DNA of 64,000 bases from Thermodesulfobacteriota bacterium. GTDB lineage: Bacteria; Desulfobacterota; Desulfobaccia; Desulfobaccales; 0-14-0-80-60-11. This document shows positions 1 to 8,704 of the stretch, piece by piece. The notes beneath the pieces were generated by a model. That model was not told the DNA's origin and did not search any database. It saw nothing but the letters and a program-made list of their open reading frames with translations. The DNA lies in NCBI GenBank assembly GCA_049322315.1, contig JBMORF010000076.1, positions 73,221 through 137,220 of the forward strand, read 5' to 3'. Both the position numbers and the translations under genes were made by a program. Positions within the stretch are counted from its first letter, which is position 1. Each line of letters opens with the position of its first letter.

Positions 1-152
1 CGGATGCCCTCTTCGATATCAATTTCGCCTTTGGCGGCCCGCTTCATCTCTGCGGCAACGTCTGGAGGCACTTCAAGCCCTTCGAGCCGTTGCTGAGCAA
101 TGGCATTCTCGACGGCATGCAAATTCTGGTTGATTTTTTGTTCGTCTGTCAT
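1..152 (-). CDS. VbhA-like antitoxin (inhibitor of a Fic toxin); 3' end cut by the window edge
   Basis: Absent from the ORF track because no stop lies inside the window. ATG at 152-150. My translation MTDEQKINQNLHAVENAIAQQRLEGLEVPPDVAAEMKRAAKGEIDIEEGI resembles Bartonella VbhA (..NALASQRLEGLEP..). The Fic toxin partner would lie left of the window. Confidence 0.55.
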   Translation of the reverse strand, partial: MTDEQKINQNLHAVENAIAQQRLEGLEVPPDVAAEMKRAAKGEIDIEEGI

Positions 153-200
153 AAGCAAAATTCTGTATTCTTTATAGATACCTTCTATAAATCCGGCCAA

Positions 201-515
201 TTAGCACGGGGCCACTTCCAAATGAATGCCTTCCCGGGTTTGCAGGTGTTTAATGATCTGAAACAGGTTGTCCGCACGCGGGTTTCCCTTGGGGCCAAAC
301 ATGCGCCTCAGGCTTTTGGCCGGTATGTGGGTAGCTTCGGACAAAAGACCAAAACCCACAGCCGCGTTGATGTAGTCGCGCAAAATAGCTTTGCCGGTTT
401 CCACGTCACCGGCAAGCATGGCGTCGATGCCCTCTTTGAGCATGGCCTTGCGGAACTCGGCGTCCTTCTGGGCACGTTCCAGCAAGGTGGTGCGAAATCC
501 TCTGGTAAGAGCCAT
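201..515 (-). CDS. HigA-family addiction-module antidote / HTH DNA-binding protein
   Basis: Inner ATG of ORF 201..659 (MALTRGFRTTLLERAQKD..). The C-terminal 'LSEATHIPAKSLRRMFGPKGNPRADNLFQIIKHL' is typical of COG3636-type antidotes. No killer gene lies directly upstream. Confidence 0.6.
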   Translation of the reverse strand: MALTRGFRTTLLERAQKDAEFRKAMLKEGIDAMLAGDVETGKAILRDYINAAVGFGLLSEATHIPAKSLRRMFGPKGNPRADNLFQIIKHLQTREGIHLEVAPC

Positions 516-519
516 AACG

Positions 520-903
520 TCACTTAAGCAGCAGTGCGGCGATTTCGGTCGGCGCACGAGCAATAACGGCGAGGAATGCCTGAGCCGGCTGATCGGGCTG
601 GGATCGCCCTTGTTCCCAGTCACGAAGCGTTCCCAGGGGAATATGATAGCGAGCCGCAAATTCTTTCTGGGTCAGCCCCAGGGCTCGACGGAGCGTTTTT
701 ACACGCGGTACAGGTCTTAATTGGGCCTCCCGTTCCGGGGTGAGTGGTGGATTATCAGAATCGCTGGCCGCGGCAGCTTCTATGTCAGCATCGCGCATCG
801 GAGCAACCGGCATAACGGGGACAACCTCTTCGCTGCCATCCGGTCGGCGCTTCGCAAGCTTCCCATCATGTTGCATTCTGGCGATAGTATTTGTCTTTTT
901 CAT
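520..903 (-). CDS. Antitoxin partner of BrnT: DUF4415-like N-terminal region plus XRE-type HTH
   Basis: Start moved to MKKTNT (aa 22 of ORF 520..966). 'DADIEAAAASDSDNPPLTPE' is DUF4415/BrnA-like and 'LGLTQKEFAARYHIPLGTLRDWEQGRSQP' is an HTH. Overlaps the 3' end of brnT, as expected for a TA operon. Confidence 0.6.
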   Translation of the reverse strand: MKKTNTIARMQHDGKLAKRRPDGSEEVVPVMPVAPMRDADIEAAAASDSDNPPLTPEREAQLRPVPRVKTLRRALGLTQKEFAARYHIPLGTLRDWEQGRSQPDQPAQAFLAVIARAPTEIAALLLK

Positions 904-1147
904 ATCTTGTTGCCCTGCGTGCGGAGATGATACGGATGCGATCGTGGCGCTCTGTGTACACCACACTCAGAATCTGACCGCTGCTTATGCCGAGAAGAAT
1001 GACTCTTTCCTCACAATATGAGGCTCTTTCGTCTAACCACTCAACCCCGAACGGATCAAGAAAAGCATAGGCGGCCTGCTCAAAAGTAACGCCATGCTTG
1101 CGAAAATTCAGGGCGGCCTTGGCGTCATCCCATTCAAAATTTAACAT
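866..1147 (-). CDS. brnT: BrnT-family ribonuclease toxin (DUF497)
   Basis: 'FEWDDAKAALNFRKHGVTFEQAAYAFLDP' is the DUF497 N-terminal signature. 93 aa, directly upstream of the antitoxin. Confidence 0.8.
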   Translation of the reverse strand: MLNFEWDDAKAALNFRKHGVTFEQAAYAFLDPFGVEWLDERASYCEERVILLGISSGQILSVVYTERHDRIRIISARRATRYEKDKYYRQNAT

Positions 1148-1700
1148 AACAAACTACTGATTACCAGTATTTTTGTGAAACAGGGCAGCGGGTATAAAAA
1201 ATATAAGTCTACATGAGGCGGGATGCGCTTCCCCTTCCTGTCCTACCTTGCTAAGAATGATAAGAATAATAAGAAAGAAGATCTTTGTAAAATTCTCTTT
1301 TTGAAGCAAGGGTATAATTTCATATTTAAATATAATATTTGTGAAAACGTTCATTTATTTTTTCTGTATTGATTTTAGTTAAAATAGAAGCTTTAATGTA
1401 TTACGGATTAGATGGCGGAAATTATTATGATAAGTTAAAATATTTATCAAAATATTCAAAGAAAGATATTATTAATAATATACTAGGAAAAGCTGTAGCA
1501 CGTAAAATATGTTTTCAAATGGGAATTAATCAATTAAAAAAAGATGGCATTGAATTAGACTCTCTTTAGTAAAGTTAATTTATATAAATTCTTTAATAAT
1601 TAACGAAGTGTGTCATGCTCTCTATTTGAATATTTTTTAAGATTTTCAGGCCAGATAACTTTCCTGAAGATAAGCAAAAGTTCCCCATCCTCTGCAAATT

Positions 1701-3395
1701 TCACAACGTCAAAATCAACGGCAGAATCATGGGCCGGCGTTCCAGGGCCTTGAAGAAGAGTTTGCGCAGGGCCTTGCCGGCCTGGGCCTGGATTTCCAGC
1801 CAGTCTTGATTGGGTTCGCTTAAGCCGCGCTCCACGATCTCCCGGAAGACCTTTAGGGCCTGTTCCAGCAGGGGGGCCTGTTCATCTTCCAGGGCGAAGC
1901 CCCGGGTAATGAGGTCCGGCTCGGAGACGATCTGGGCGGCCACCGGGTCCACGGCCACCAGGGCGATGACCAGGCCGTCCCCGGCCAGGTGGCGCCGGTC
2001 CCGGAGCACCATCCGGCTCACGTCGCCCACCCCTTTGCCGTCCACGAAGACCCGTCCCACCTCAATGCCGCCGTTGATGGCGGCCTCTCCGTCCTCAAAG
2101 CGCACCTGATCCCCATCTTTGGCCAGGAGCAGGCTCTCTTCCGGGAGGCCCACGGCCCGGGCCAGGTGGGTGTGTTTGATGAGGTGGCGGAACTCCCCGT
2201 GAATGGGGATGAAATAGCGGGGCCGGGTCAGGTTCAGCAGCAGTTTCAGCTCCTCCTGGGAAGCGTGGCCGGAGACGTGGATGTCCGCCACCTGCTGGTA
2301 GACCACCTCTGCGCCCAGGCGGTAGAGATTGTTGATGACGTTGGTGATGGCCCGCTCATTGCCGGGGATGAACTTGGAGGAGAGGATCACCAGATCACCT
2401 TTTTGAATATGGATGTGCTTGTGGGCCTCCAAGGCGATGCGGGCCAGGGCGCTCATGGGCTCCCCCTGGCTGCCGGTGGTGACGATGATGGTTTTTTCGG
2501 GGGGCAAATTTTTCAAGTCCCCCACGTTGATCTCCATCCCCGTGGGGATCTCCAGGTAGCCCAGTTCTTTGGCCAACCGGGTATTGGTGAGCATGGACTT
2601 GCCGTTAAAGAGGATCTTGCGCCCATGTTTGGCGGCTAAGGTGACGATTTGATGCAAGCGGGGGATATGGGAGGCAAAGACCGCGACAATGACCCGGCCC
2701 GGGGCTCCCCGGATGAATTCCTCCAGGGTGGCGCTGATTTCCCGCTCGCTCAGGGTGTAGCCGGGGCGCTCGGCATTGGTGGAATCGGAGAGCAGCGCCA
2801 GCACGCCCTGTTCCCCGTAATGGGCGAAGCGGTCCAGGTCCATGGCTGGACCCAGCACCGGGTTCCGGTCCACCTTAAAATCCCCGGAGTGGATCAGCAC
2901 CCCCTGGGGGGTGCGCAGGGCAAAGCCCACGCCGTCGACGATGGAATGGGGCACGGGGATGAACTCAAACTCAAATGGCCCCAAGACCAGGGGTTCCCGG
3001 AGGTGAATCTCCCGGAGATCGGTGGCCTCCAGGAGGCCGTGCTCCCGGAGTTTCTCCCGGAGCAGAGCCAGGGTCAAAGGCGTGCCGTACACCGGCAGGT
3101 CCATCTCCTTGAGGAGGAAGGGCACTGCGCCGATGTGGTCTTCGTGGCCGTGGGTCAGGATCAAGGCGCAAAGCTTGTTCTGACGTTCCCGGAGATAGGT
3201 AAAATCGGGAATGACGATGTCAATTCCCAACATGTGGTCTTCCGGGAACATGAGGCCCGCGTCCACCACCACCAGGTGCTCCGGGGTCTCCACGGTCATC
3301 AGGTTGAGGCCGATCTCCCCCAGCCCCCCCAGAAAAGTCAAATCAACCCAGTTAGCCGTGGCCGCCTCCCGGACCATAGGGGTAATAGGGGTCAT
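1701..3395 (-). CDS. rnj: Ribonuclease J (beta-CASP metallo-beta-lactamase)
   Basis: 564 aa with the 'ILTHGHEDHIGAVPFLL' HxHxDH motif, a beta-CASP region and an RNase J C-terminal domain. The start may be the inner Met (MVREA). Confidence 0.9.
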   Translation of the reverse strand: MTPITPMVREAATANWVDLTFLGGLGEIGLNLMTVETPEHLVVVDAGLMFPEDHMLGIDIVIPDFTYLRERQNKLCALILTHGHEDHIGAVPFLLKEMDLPVYGTPLTLALLREKLREHGLLEATDLREIHLREPLVLGPFEFEFIPVPHSIVDGVGFALRTPQGVLIHSGDFKVDRNPVLGPAMDLDRFAHYGEQGVLALLSDSTNAERPGYTLSEREISATLEEFIRGAPGRVIVAVFASHIPRLHQIVTLAAKHGRKILFNGKSMLTNTRLAKELGYLEIPTGMEINVGDLKNLPPEKTIIVTTGSQGEPMSALARIALEAHKHIHIQKGDLVILSSKFIPGNERAITNVINNLYRLGAEVVYQQVADIHVSGHASQEELKLLLNLTRPRYFIPIHGEFRHLIKHTHLARAVGLPEESLLLAKDGDQVRFEDGEAAINGGIEVGRVFVDGKGVGDVSRMVLRDRRHLAGDGLVIALVAVDPVAAQIVSEPDLITRGFALEDEQAPLLEQALKVFREIVERGLSEPNQDWLEIQAQAGKALRKLFFKALERRPMILPLILTL

Positions 3396-4113
3396 AGCCC
3401 GCGGCCATGCTGGCGTGCACTGCGGCCATCAACTCTTCCTTGCGGCGGTATTTTTGGGGGAAAATAGGGGGATGAACCACTATTTTTACGGGTCCGGGCT
3501 GCACCCGGATGGTGCCCCGGGGCTGAATGAAGCGGGTGCCGCTGATGGACACCGGCACCACCGGCTGCCCGGACCTCTGGGCCATGATGAAAACCCCTTT
3601 CTTAAAGGGTATCAGCTCCGGAGAGGTCGTCCGGGTCCCTTCGGGAAAGATGGCGATGGAGTTGCCCTCCTTGACCCGGGCCGCGGCCAGGTTGAGGGAG
3701 CGGATGGCCTGCTGAATGTTTTCCCGATCCACAGGCACGCAACCCATGCGGTAAATGGCCTGGCCGAAAAGAGGAATATTAAACAGGGATTTTTTAGCCA
3801 CAAAGGCAATGTCACTGGGCAGGAAGGCCAGCAGCAGGTAGATATCGAAGTTGCTGCGATGATTGGCGGCGAAAACGTAAGTCTGGCCTGGCGCCAGGTT
3901 TTCCAAACCCTCTACCTGAACCGTTACCCGGCCCAAAGCTAACAGGCTCTGGCCCCACCAGCGGGCGATCCGGTGCAGCATCCAGCCGCCCCGGTCCAGG
4001 AAGCTGAAGAGAATCGTCAAGGTTCCGCCGATAATGGTGACGGGCACCAGCCAGAAATGGAACCAGAGACCAAAGGCCAGAGAAAAATTTCCGCGTGAAC
4101 GGGGCATGGGCAT
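3352..4113 (-). CDS. plsC: 1-acyl-sn-glycerol-3-phosphate acyltransferase
   Basis: N-terminal TM helix, HX4D motif 'NHRSNFD' and 'FPEGTR' motif. Confidence 0.8.
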   Translation of the reverse strand: MPMPRSRGNFSLAFGLWFHFWLVPVTIIGGTLTILFSFLDRGGWMLHRIARWWGQSLLALGRVTVQVEGLENLAPGQTYVFAANHRSNFDIYLLLAFLPSDIAFVAKKSLFNIPLFGQAIYRMGCVPVDRENIQQAIRSLNLAAARVKEGNSIAIFPEGTRTTSPELIPFKKGVFIMAQRSGQPVVPVSISGTRFIQPRGTIRVQPGPVKIVVHPPIFPQKYRRKEELMAAVHASMAAGYDPYYPYGPGGGHG

Positions 4114-4465
4114 ATGATTAACCTAAAAATGGCAAGTTCGTCAACCGGGATAAATTTTTACCACAGCAGGGAAGGAGTATCAGGGCAAAAAAGCCTGGGC
4201 TTCCTTTCTCCGGCAAGCTGAACGAAATCGGTATCCCCGTGATTGGTATCCTGGCGCTGCACCGGGATATTCAAATGGCGTGTCTTGAGGGAAAACGCCT
4301 GGATAATCGTTTTGCCGCAACAGAAATGGATAAGATCGTCAACCTGTTGCAAGAGCCTGTTATTGCCCCTTCCTCATAATTACTCGCGGCAAATTCACAA
4401 TTTTTTGGATCTCCATCACGCCGGAGGTCCCGGGTTCGAGTCTCGTCGTCCCCGCCCGCACAAAT

Positions 4466-4503
4466 AAAAAGGGATTAGCCGCAGGGCTAACCCCTTTTTC
4501 TTT
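4466..4503. terminator. Bidirectional rho-independent terminator
   Basis: aaaaa-gggattagcc-gcag-ggctaacccc-tttttcttt: a 10-bp stem with one mismatch, with A-run and T-run flanks. Lies 37 nt past the stop of the minus-strand gene 4540..5880. Confidence 0.6.
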
Positions 4504-4539
4504 GTGGCGCAGGGGCGTTGTGCGGATTTGGTCTGATTC

Positions 4540-5880
4540 CTAATCAGTCAGGAGGAGGTTGGTAGTAAGGGGCATGACCGTGGTTTTCTCCGGTTCCACG
4601 ATAAGCAATTGGCCGCCGGAGCGTTGGGGGATAGTCAACAACCCGGCGGGGCTGGCGGTGATGGCAGTGCCGGGACCGGTCTTACTAGTTATCCAGTAAC
4701 GGTAACGCCGATTCGGCAATACGCGGAATCGCTGCAGGCGTCTCAGGGTGACATCGGCCGTGCCGCTGCCCACCAGGAGCACCTCATAGTGATTGGTTTG
4801 ATCGACAATGCTGGCCGGGTCCCAACTGAAGGCATACAGGTCGTTGACCATACCGGTAGCCGGCGGTTCCACGCCATAGCCGCTGCGGTTGGTGAAGGCC
4901 AGGAAGCTCTGGTTGCGCCGGAAATTGGCCAACCAGTTCATCTGCACAAAGCACTCATCCGAATGTCCCCAGGGATGGCGTAAGTAAAAAAATCCCCTCT
5001 TCTGGGTGTCAAACACCGGCTGCATCAGGTCCCCTCCCGAGGCGGCGGGTACGACGTCATCGGCCATCCCGGCGGTAATGGCCACAAAAGGCGTCTCCCA
5101 GGCCGGTTGCCGATAATTACTGAGCCACCAGGCCAGGTTGGCATAATCCCGGGCCGGATAAGGATGGCCGCCTGGATCCCGGATAATTATGCCGTCACCG
5201 GGGCCGCCCACGATATCGTTCTCGAATTGTTCCTGAAAGGGGCCCACCGGCGGGGTAAACCGGGCAAACCCCGAGTGGGCGTGAACCGCCGCAAAGACCT
5301 CGGGATTGCGCACTCCCAGTTGCCAGGCGCCGGTGCCGCCGATGCTGCTGCCGAACAGATAGACCCGGTTGGGGTCAACGGTGACGCCGGGGAGGTGGTC
5401 GGGAATCAGAGAAGTGTTCACCGCCTCCCGGACAATGTTCATCACCGCCTGATGCGCCCACAGGCGGCACTCCCCGCCCCAGCGGGTGCCGAACCACCAA
5501 TCATCTTCATTGCCGGTGGCGGGCTTGTATTGGAAAGAAAGCATGACAAAGGAGTATGCCCGGGGCACATAGGAGGCAATATCCTCCTGCCGCTGGAAGT
5601 TGCCCCCCCATTCATGCACCTGGACCAGCAGGGGCAGATCGGCGCCCGGGGCGCCGTAAAGATTCAACCGAAAAGACAAGGTTTCATTCAGACCCAGGTG
5701 CCCCGCAATGGTGCGGTCCTCTTCATAGACGAGACTGGGGCGATAATCCCCATCTGCATGCTCATAACTATTAAAAATACCGGCTCCCTGTGCCGAGGGC
5801 AGCCCGAGGAAGGCCCCCAACAAAAGATAGCAGAGGCTGACTTTTAAGGCCAGGATGGCAGACTTTACCACGGTCTTCAT
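4540..5880 (-). CDS. Secreted alpha/beta-hydrolase (esterase/depolymerase-like)
   Basis: Signal peptide (..LGLPSAQGAG), a GxSxG nucleophile elbow 'LFGSSIGGTGAW' and 'AVHAHSGF'. Ends in ..TTNLLLTD. Confidence 0.55.
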   Translation of the reverse strand: MKTVVKSAILALKVSLCYLLLGAFLGLPSAQGAGIFNSYEHADGDYRPSLVYEEDRTIAGHLGLNETLSFRLNLYGAPGADLPLLVQVHEWGGNFQRQEDIASYVPRAYSFVMLSFQYKPATGNEDDWWFGTRWGGECRLWAHQAVMNIVREAVNTSLIPDHLPGVTVDPNRVYLFGSSIGGTGAWQLGVRNPEVFAAVHAHSGFARFTPPVGPFQEQFENDIVGGPGDGIIIRDPGGHPYPARDYANLAWWLSNYRQPAWETPFVAITAGMADDVVPAASGGDLMQPVFDTQKRGFFYLRHPWGHSDECFVQMNWLANFRRNQSFLAFTNRSGYGVEPPATGMVNDLYAFSWDPASIVDQTNHYEVLLVGSGTADVTLRRLQRFRVLPNRRYRYWITSKTGPGTAITASPAGLLTIPQRSGGQLLIVEPEKTTVMPLTTNLLLTD

Positions 5881-5994
5881 AGACTCCCTCCAAGTCTTGA
5901 GAGGAAAGGAGTAGGGTTATCTACTTCGTTTCGTTACCAAAATGCAGAGGTGACACGCCTGGCAACCGGTCATTAATTAATCGGGGTAAAAAAA

Positions 5995-7254
5995 TTAGTC
6001 ACTCAGTAAAAGCAGGGTGGAGGGAACCAAAGCGCCTGAAGATTTAAACTCATCTGCGCCGATATCGATGCCGGCGCCCCGGGGCCGGGGATCGCCATCG
6101 AAGTCGGTGGCCAGGCCGGCAATGATTCTCCCCTGGTCGACCACGGTTTTGATAACTGACTTCAGGTGCAAATCTCCGGCCGGGGGATTTACGAACCAGC
6201 TTGCCTGGGCATTGGTCACATTGTCAGACACCGTGCCGGTGGCGCCATCACGCGGGCTGATGGCTTTGTTGGTGAGATTGTTGGCTATGAGGACACCGGT
6301 GGTGGCGGGGAAACGATACTCAATGGCATGGGGATAACTATGTTCCTGGTAGATGGTGTTATTATAAACCTGGGCCCCGGGAGCCGATTCCACCGCGATG
6401 CCCACATCCGCGAACCCTTCCACCGCATTGTGGTAGATCATATTGTTGCGCACAATCCCTCGCTGATGCCCCCGATCCCCCAGGCCCAGGCCGATGGCGC
6501 GATCACAGTTGATGATGATGTTCCTTTCCACCAGGGTGTCCTCGGAACCGGACCAGAAATGGATGGCGAATTCGGCCACGTCTTCGCTGGGACTTCTAAT
6601 TCCCCGGAAAATATTGCGCCGCACGATCCAATTGCGGGCATTATGAGCGTCGACGCCGCCGATGTACCACTGGGGACCGATACCGGCGCTGTATTCCAAG
6701 AGACAGTCTTCCACCACCCCGTTGTCCGCTCTTTTGCCCAGGTCGGCGGGGTCGTAGGAGACCTTGATCATTTGTTCGTAGGTGTCCAGGATGTGGACGT
6801 TTCTGATAGTGGGAGCGGTGGCGTTGTAGTTGCCATGTATCTGAATGGCATGGTTACATACCCCCTTTAAGGTGACGTCCCGCACGGTGAAGTTGGCTCC
6901 CGGGACGTTGAAAATGTGGGACACGTCTCCGGCCATGCCCTGGCCCTGAATGATCACCGCGCTGCGGTTTCCCGACAAGCTGCGCACGGTGACCCCTGCG
7001 GCCTCCACCCACAACCCGTCATCAAGAGTATAAGTCCCATCCCGGATCAGGATGGTTTTCGGCCCGCCCAGGTTGGCCTGAACCACGGCCTCGGCCAGTT
7101 CCGCGGCCGTGCCGACAATGACCTCGCCCGGGTCCGTCTCCAAGGAATTTTCTACAACCTGTTTTTGCTTATTAACAATGCCGGCTGAAGAAGTGGCGGG
7201 AAGAAGAAAATAAGGCAGCAACAGGAGAAAGGTGACAGAAACCCGTAGGGCCAT
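5995..7254 (-). CDS. Secreted right-handed parallel beta-helix protein (polysaccharide lyase/hydrolase-like)
   Basis: Signal peptide (..PATSSAG), repeated NxxI/V beta-helix turns (NHAIQIHGN, NIIINCDRAIGLG, NNMIYHN, NNTIYQE), and a 'GDPRPRGAGIDIGADEF' tail like choice-of-anchor-Q regions. Ends in ..STLLLLSD. Confidence 0.65.
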   Translation of the reverse strand: MALRVSVTFLLLLPYFLLPATSSAGIVNKQKQVVENSLETDPGEVIVGTAAELAEAVVQANLGGPKTILIRDGTYTLDDGLWVEAAGVTVRSLSGNRSAVIIQGQGMAGDVSHIFNVPGANFTVRDVTLKGVCNHAIQIHGNYNATAPTIRNVHILDTYEQMIKVSYDPADLGKRADNGVVEDCLLEYSAGIGPQWYIGGVDAHNARNWIVRRNIFRGIRSPSEDVAEFAIHFWSGSEDTLVERNIIINCDRAIGLGLGDRGHQRGIVRNNMIYHNAVEGFADVGIAVESAPGAQVYNNTIYQEHSYPHAIEYRFPATTGVLIANNLTNKAISPRDGATGTVSDNVTNAQASWFVNPPAGDLHLKSVIKTVVDQGRIIAGLATDFDGDPRPRGAGIDIGADEFKSSGALVPSTLLLLSD

Positions 7255-7911
7255 GGAAGGTCCTCCCCGCCGTCATCTGGGTTACTGCTAAATTATCTGG
7301 GGTTAGGCGGCAACCTGGCCGCCGCCCTCGAAAAATGGTCTTGTAACCTTTTGGTTCCAGGAAAATCTCCCAAAGTTTCTGTCCTGGAAGCCGAATCCTG
7401 GCCGCGCTGTTATGATACTATAATTTTCCCTGAATTTATCAACTCACTAGTGGGATAGTTAAATTTTCGGAAATTTTGGCCCACTTACCCCTCAGCCCCC
7501 TGATACCTGACGGTGAAAGAGACCAGGGACCTGCATCTCAAACCGTTCGTAATTAAGCGCCAGTAAGAATGATGCGAGATGAAGGCGAGAATTACCTGCC
7601 AGCTTAGGTAGTTATCATCTGATAGGGAAGAATTCCTGATATGCTCTGAATATAAAAATGGTAACCATGGAAGGAACGGAGCGGAGATGCTGCAGATAGC
7701 AACACTCCACTTCAGCCTGGCTAATCAAGCGTTTGAACAGATTTGGCATGGAGCCTTACTGCATTCGAAAATTGTATCTAGGGCCTCAACCTCCCCTCTA
7801 TCTCACTATTACCGGGTGCATTTTTTTACTGTGGGTGCCAGGGGTCACCACCTGGTATCTTCGTGGTTTTTTTTTAAAGCGACTGAGCTGCTCGTTTAGC
7901 CAAGATGTTTT

Positions 7912-8027
7912 ATACCGAGTTGCAGTCAAAAAGATACTATACAAGGGGCGAACCTTGTGTTCGCCCCGGAGCCACGGGCGAACACAAGGTTCGCTACAGT
8001 TCAACGTCCTTTGAATGCGAATTGGTA
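7912..8027 (+). repeat. GEPCVRP-hairpin element, long (about 116 bp) MITE-like form, copy A1
   Basis: Core ggggcgaaccttgtgttcgcccc-N8-gggcgaacacaaggttcgc (7945-7994). Flanked by ataccgagttgc...gcgaattggtat imperfect terminal inverted repeats. Reverse-complement copy at 15198-15312. Confidence 0.85.
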
Positions 8028-8122
8028 TTAGGTGGCGTAAGCTGGTATGGACGCGGCAGAAATGATAGGACCCCGAGGGGATCAACCCACGGGGTCTCAA
8101 GTTAATTTAAGAAGGGCTGAAG

Positions 8123-8704
8123 TCAGAGCGTTTCACCGGTGCAGGACCACATCGTGAAGCTCTGCGCCGGCAGGAAATCGAAAGAATTAGATAGTTGGTA
8201 TCCTGCTGACTCCATCGCTTTATGGATCACCTCAACAGGCGTGAAGTGTTTGAATATGTTTACAAAACCGAATCCTCGCGAGGGCACGTGGTCTATTACC
8301 ACGACAATTCCCTCAGGTGTCAGCGCTCTTTTGAGGCTGCGGAAATAGCCTGCTGGATCAGTTAAATGGTGGAAAACATTTCGCGAAAAAATCAAGTCTA
8401 AAGCAGCCTCCGGCAGAGCGACCGCTTCATTCCCCGCCTCCACGGAGACGATATTACTCAATCCCGCCTTTTCTGCCTGGCGTTTCACGAAGTCCAAGTG
8501 ATTTGGTTTGTTATCAACCGCATATACCTTTCCGTTCTTACCTACCTTCTGCGCAAAAAGGAGCGAAAAATAGCCGCCTCCTGACCCAATATCCGCTACT
8601 GTCTTGCCCTCGGTCAGGTGCAGGCTTTCGATGATGCGCTGGGCTCCGCTTTTAGGCGAAGATGCTTCGCGGTTAAGAATTGTTAGAAAGATATTTGTTA
8701 GCAT
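8123..8704 (-). CDS. Class I SAM-dependent methyltransferase
   Basis: Motif I 'VADIGSGGGYFSLLFA' and motif post-I 'VYAVD'. Start set at the inner Met (MLTNIF), so it overlaps the marR stop by 32 nt. The alternative start is 8812. Confidence 0.7.
   Translation of the reverse strand: MLTNIFLTILNREASSPKSGAQRIIESLHLTEGKTVADIGSGGGYFSLLFAQKVGKNGKVYAVDNKPNHLDFVKRQAEKAGLSNIVSVEAGNEAVALPEAALDLIFSRNVFHHLTDPAGYFRSLKRALTPEGIVVVIDHVPSRGFGFVNIFKHFTPVEVIHKAMESAGYQLSNSFDFLPAQSFTMWSCTGETL

Noticed and set aside
1154-1569. Two 66-aa ORFs in the AT-rich islet
   Set aside because: They are low-complexity Ile/Lys/Asn-rich products with no SD or recognisable domain, and are likely chance ORFs in AT-rich DNA.
4110-4470. 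Possible tmRNA or RNase P RNA ending in the T-arm-like sequence
   Set aside because: There is no 5' GGGG acceptor partner. There is no tag-peptide frame ending in a hydrophobic ..AA. No RNase P conserved regions (GAGGAAAGUCC-type) are present. Only the T-loop consensus is seen.
7687-8105. ORFs 7687..7899, 7733..8014, 7798..8100 and 7905..8105
   Set aside because: They overlap one another and run through hairpin repeat A1 (GEPCVRP / GEHKVRP peptides). They are repeat translation artefacts.
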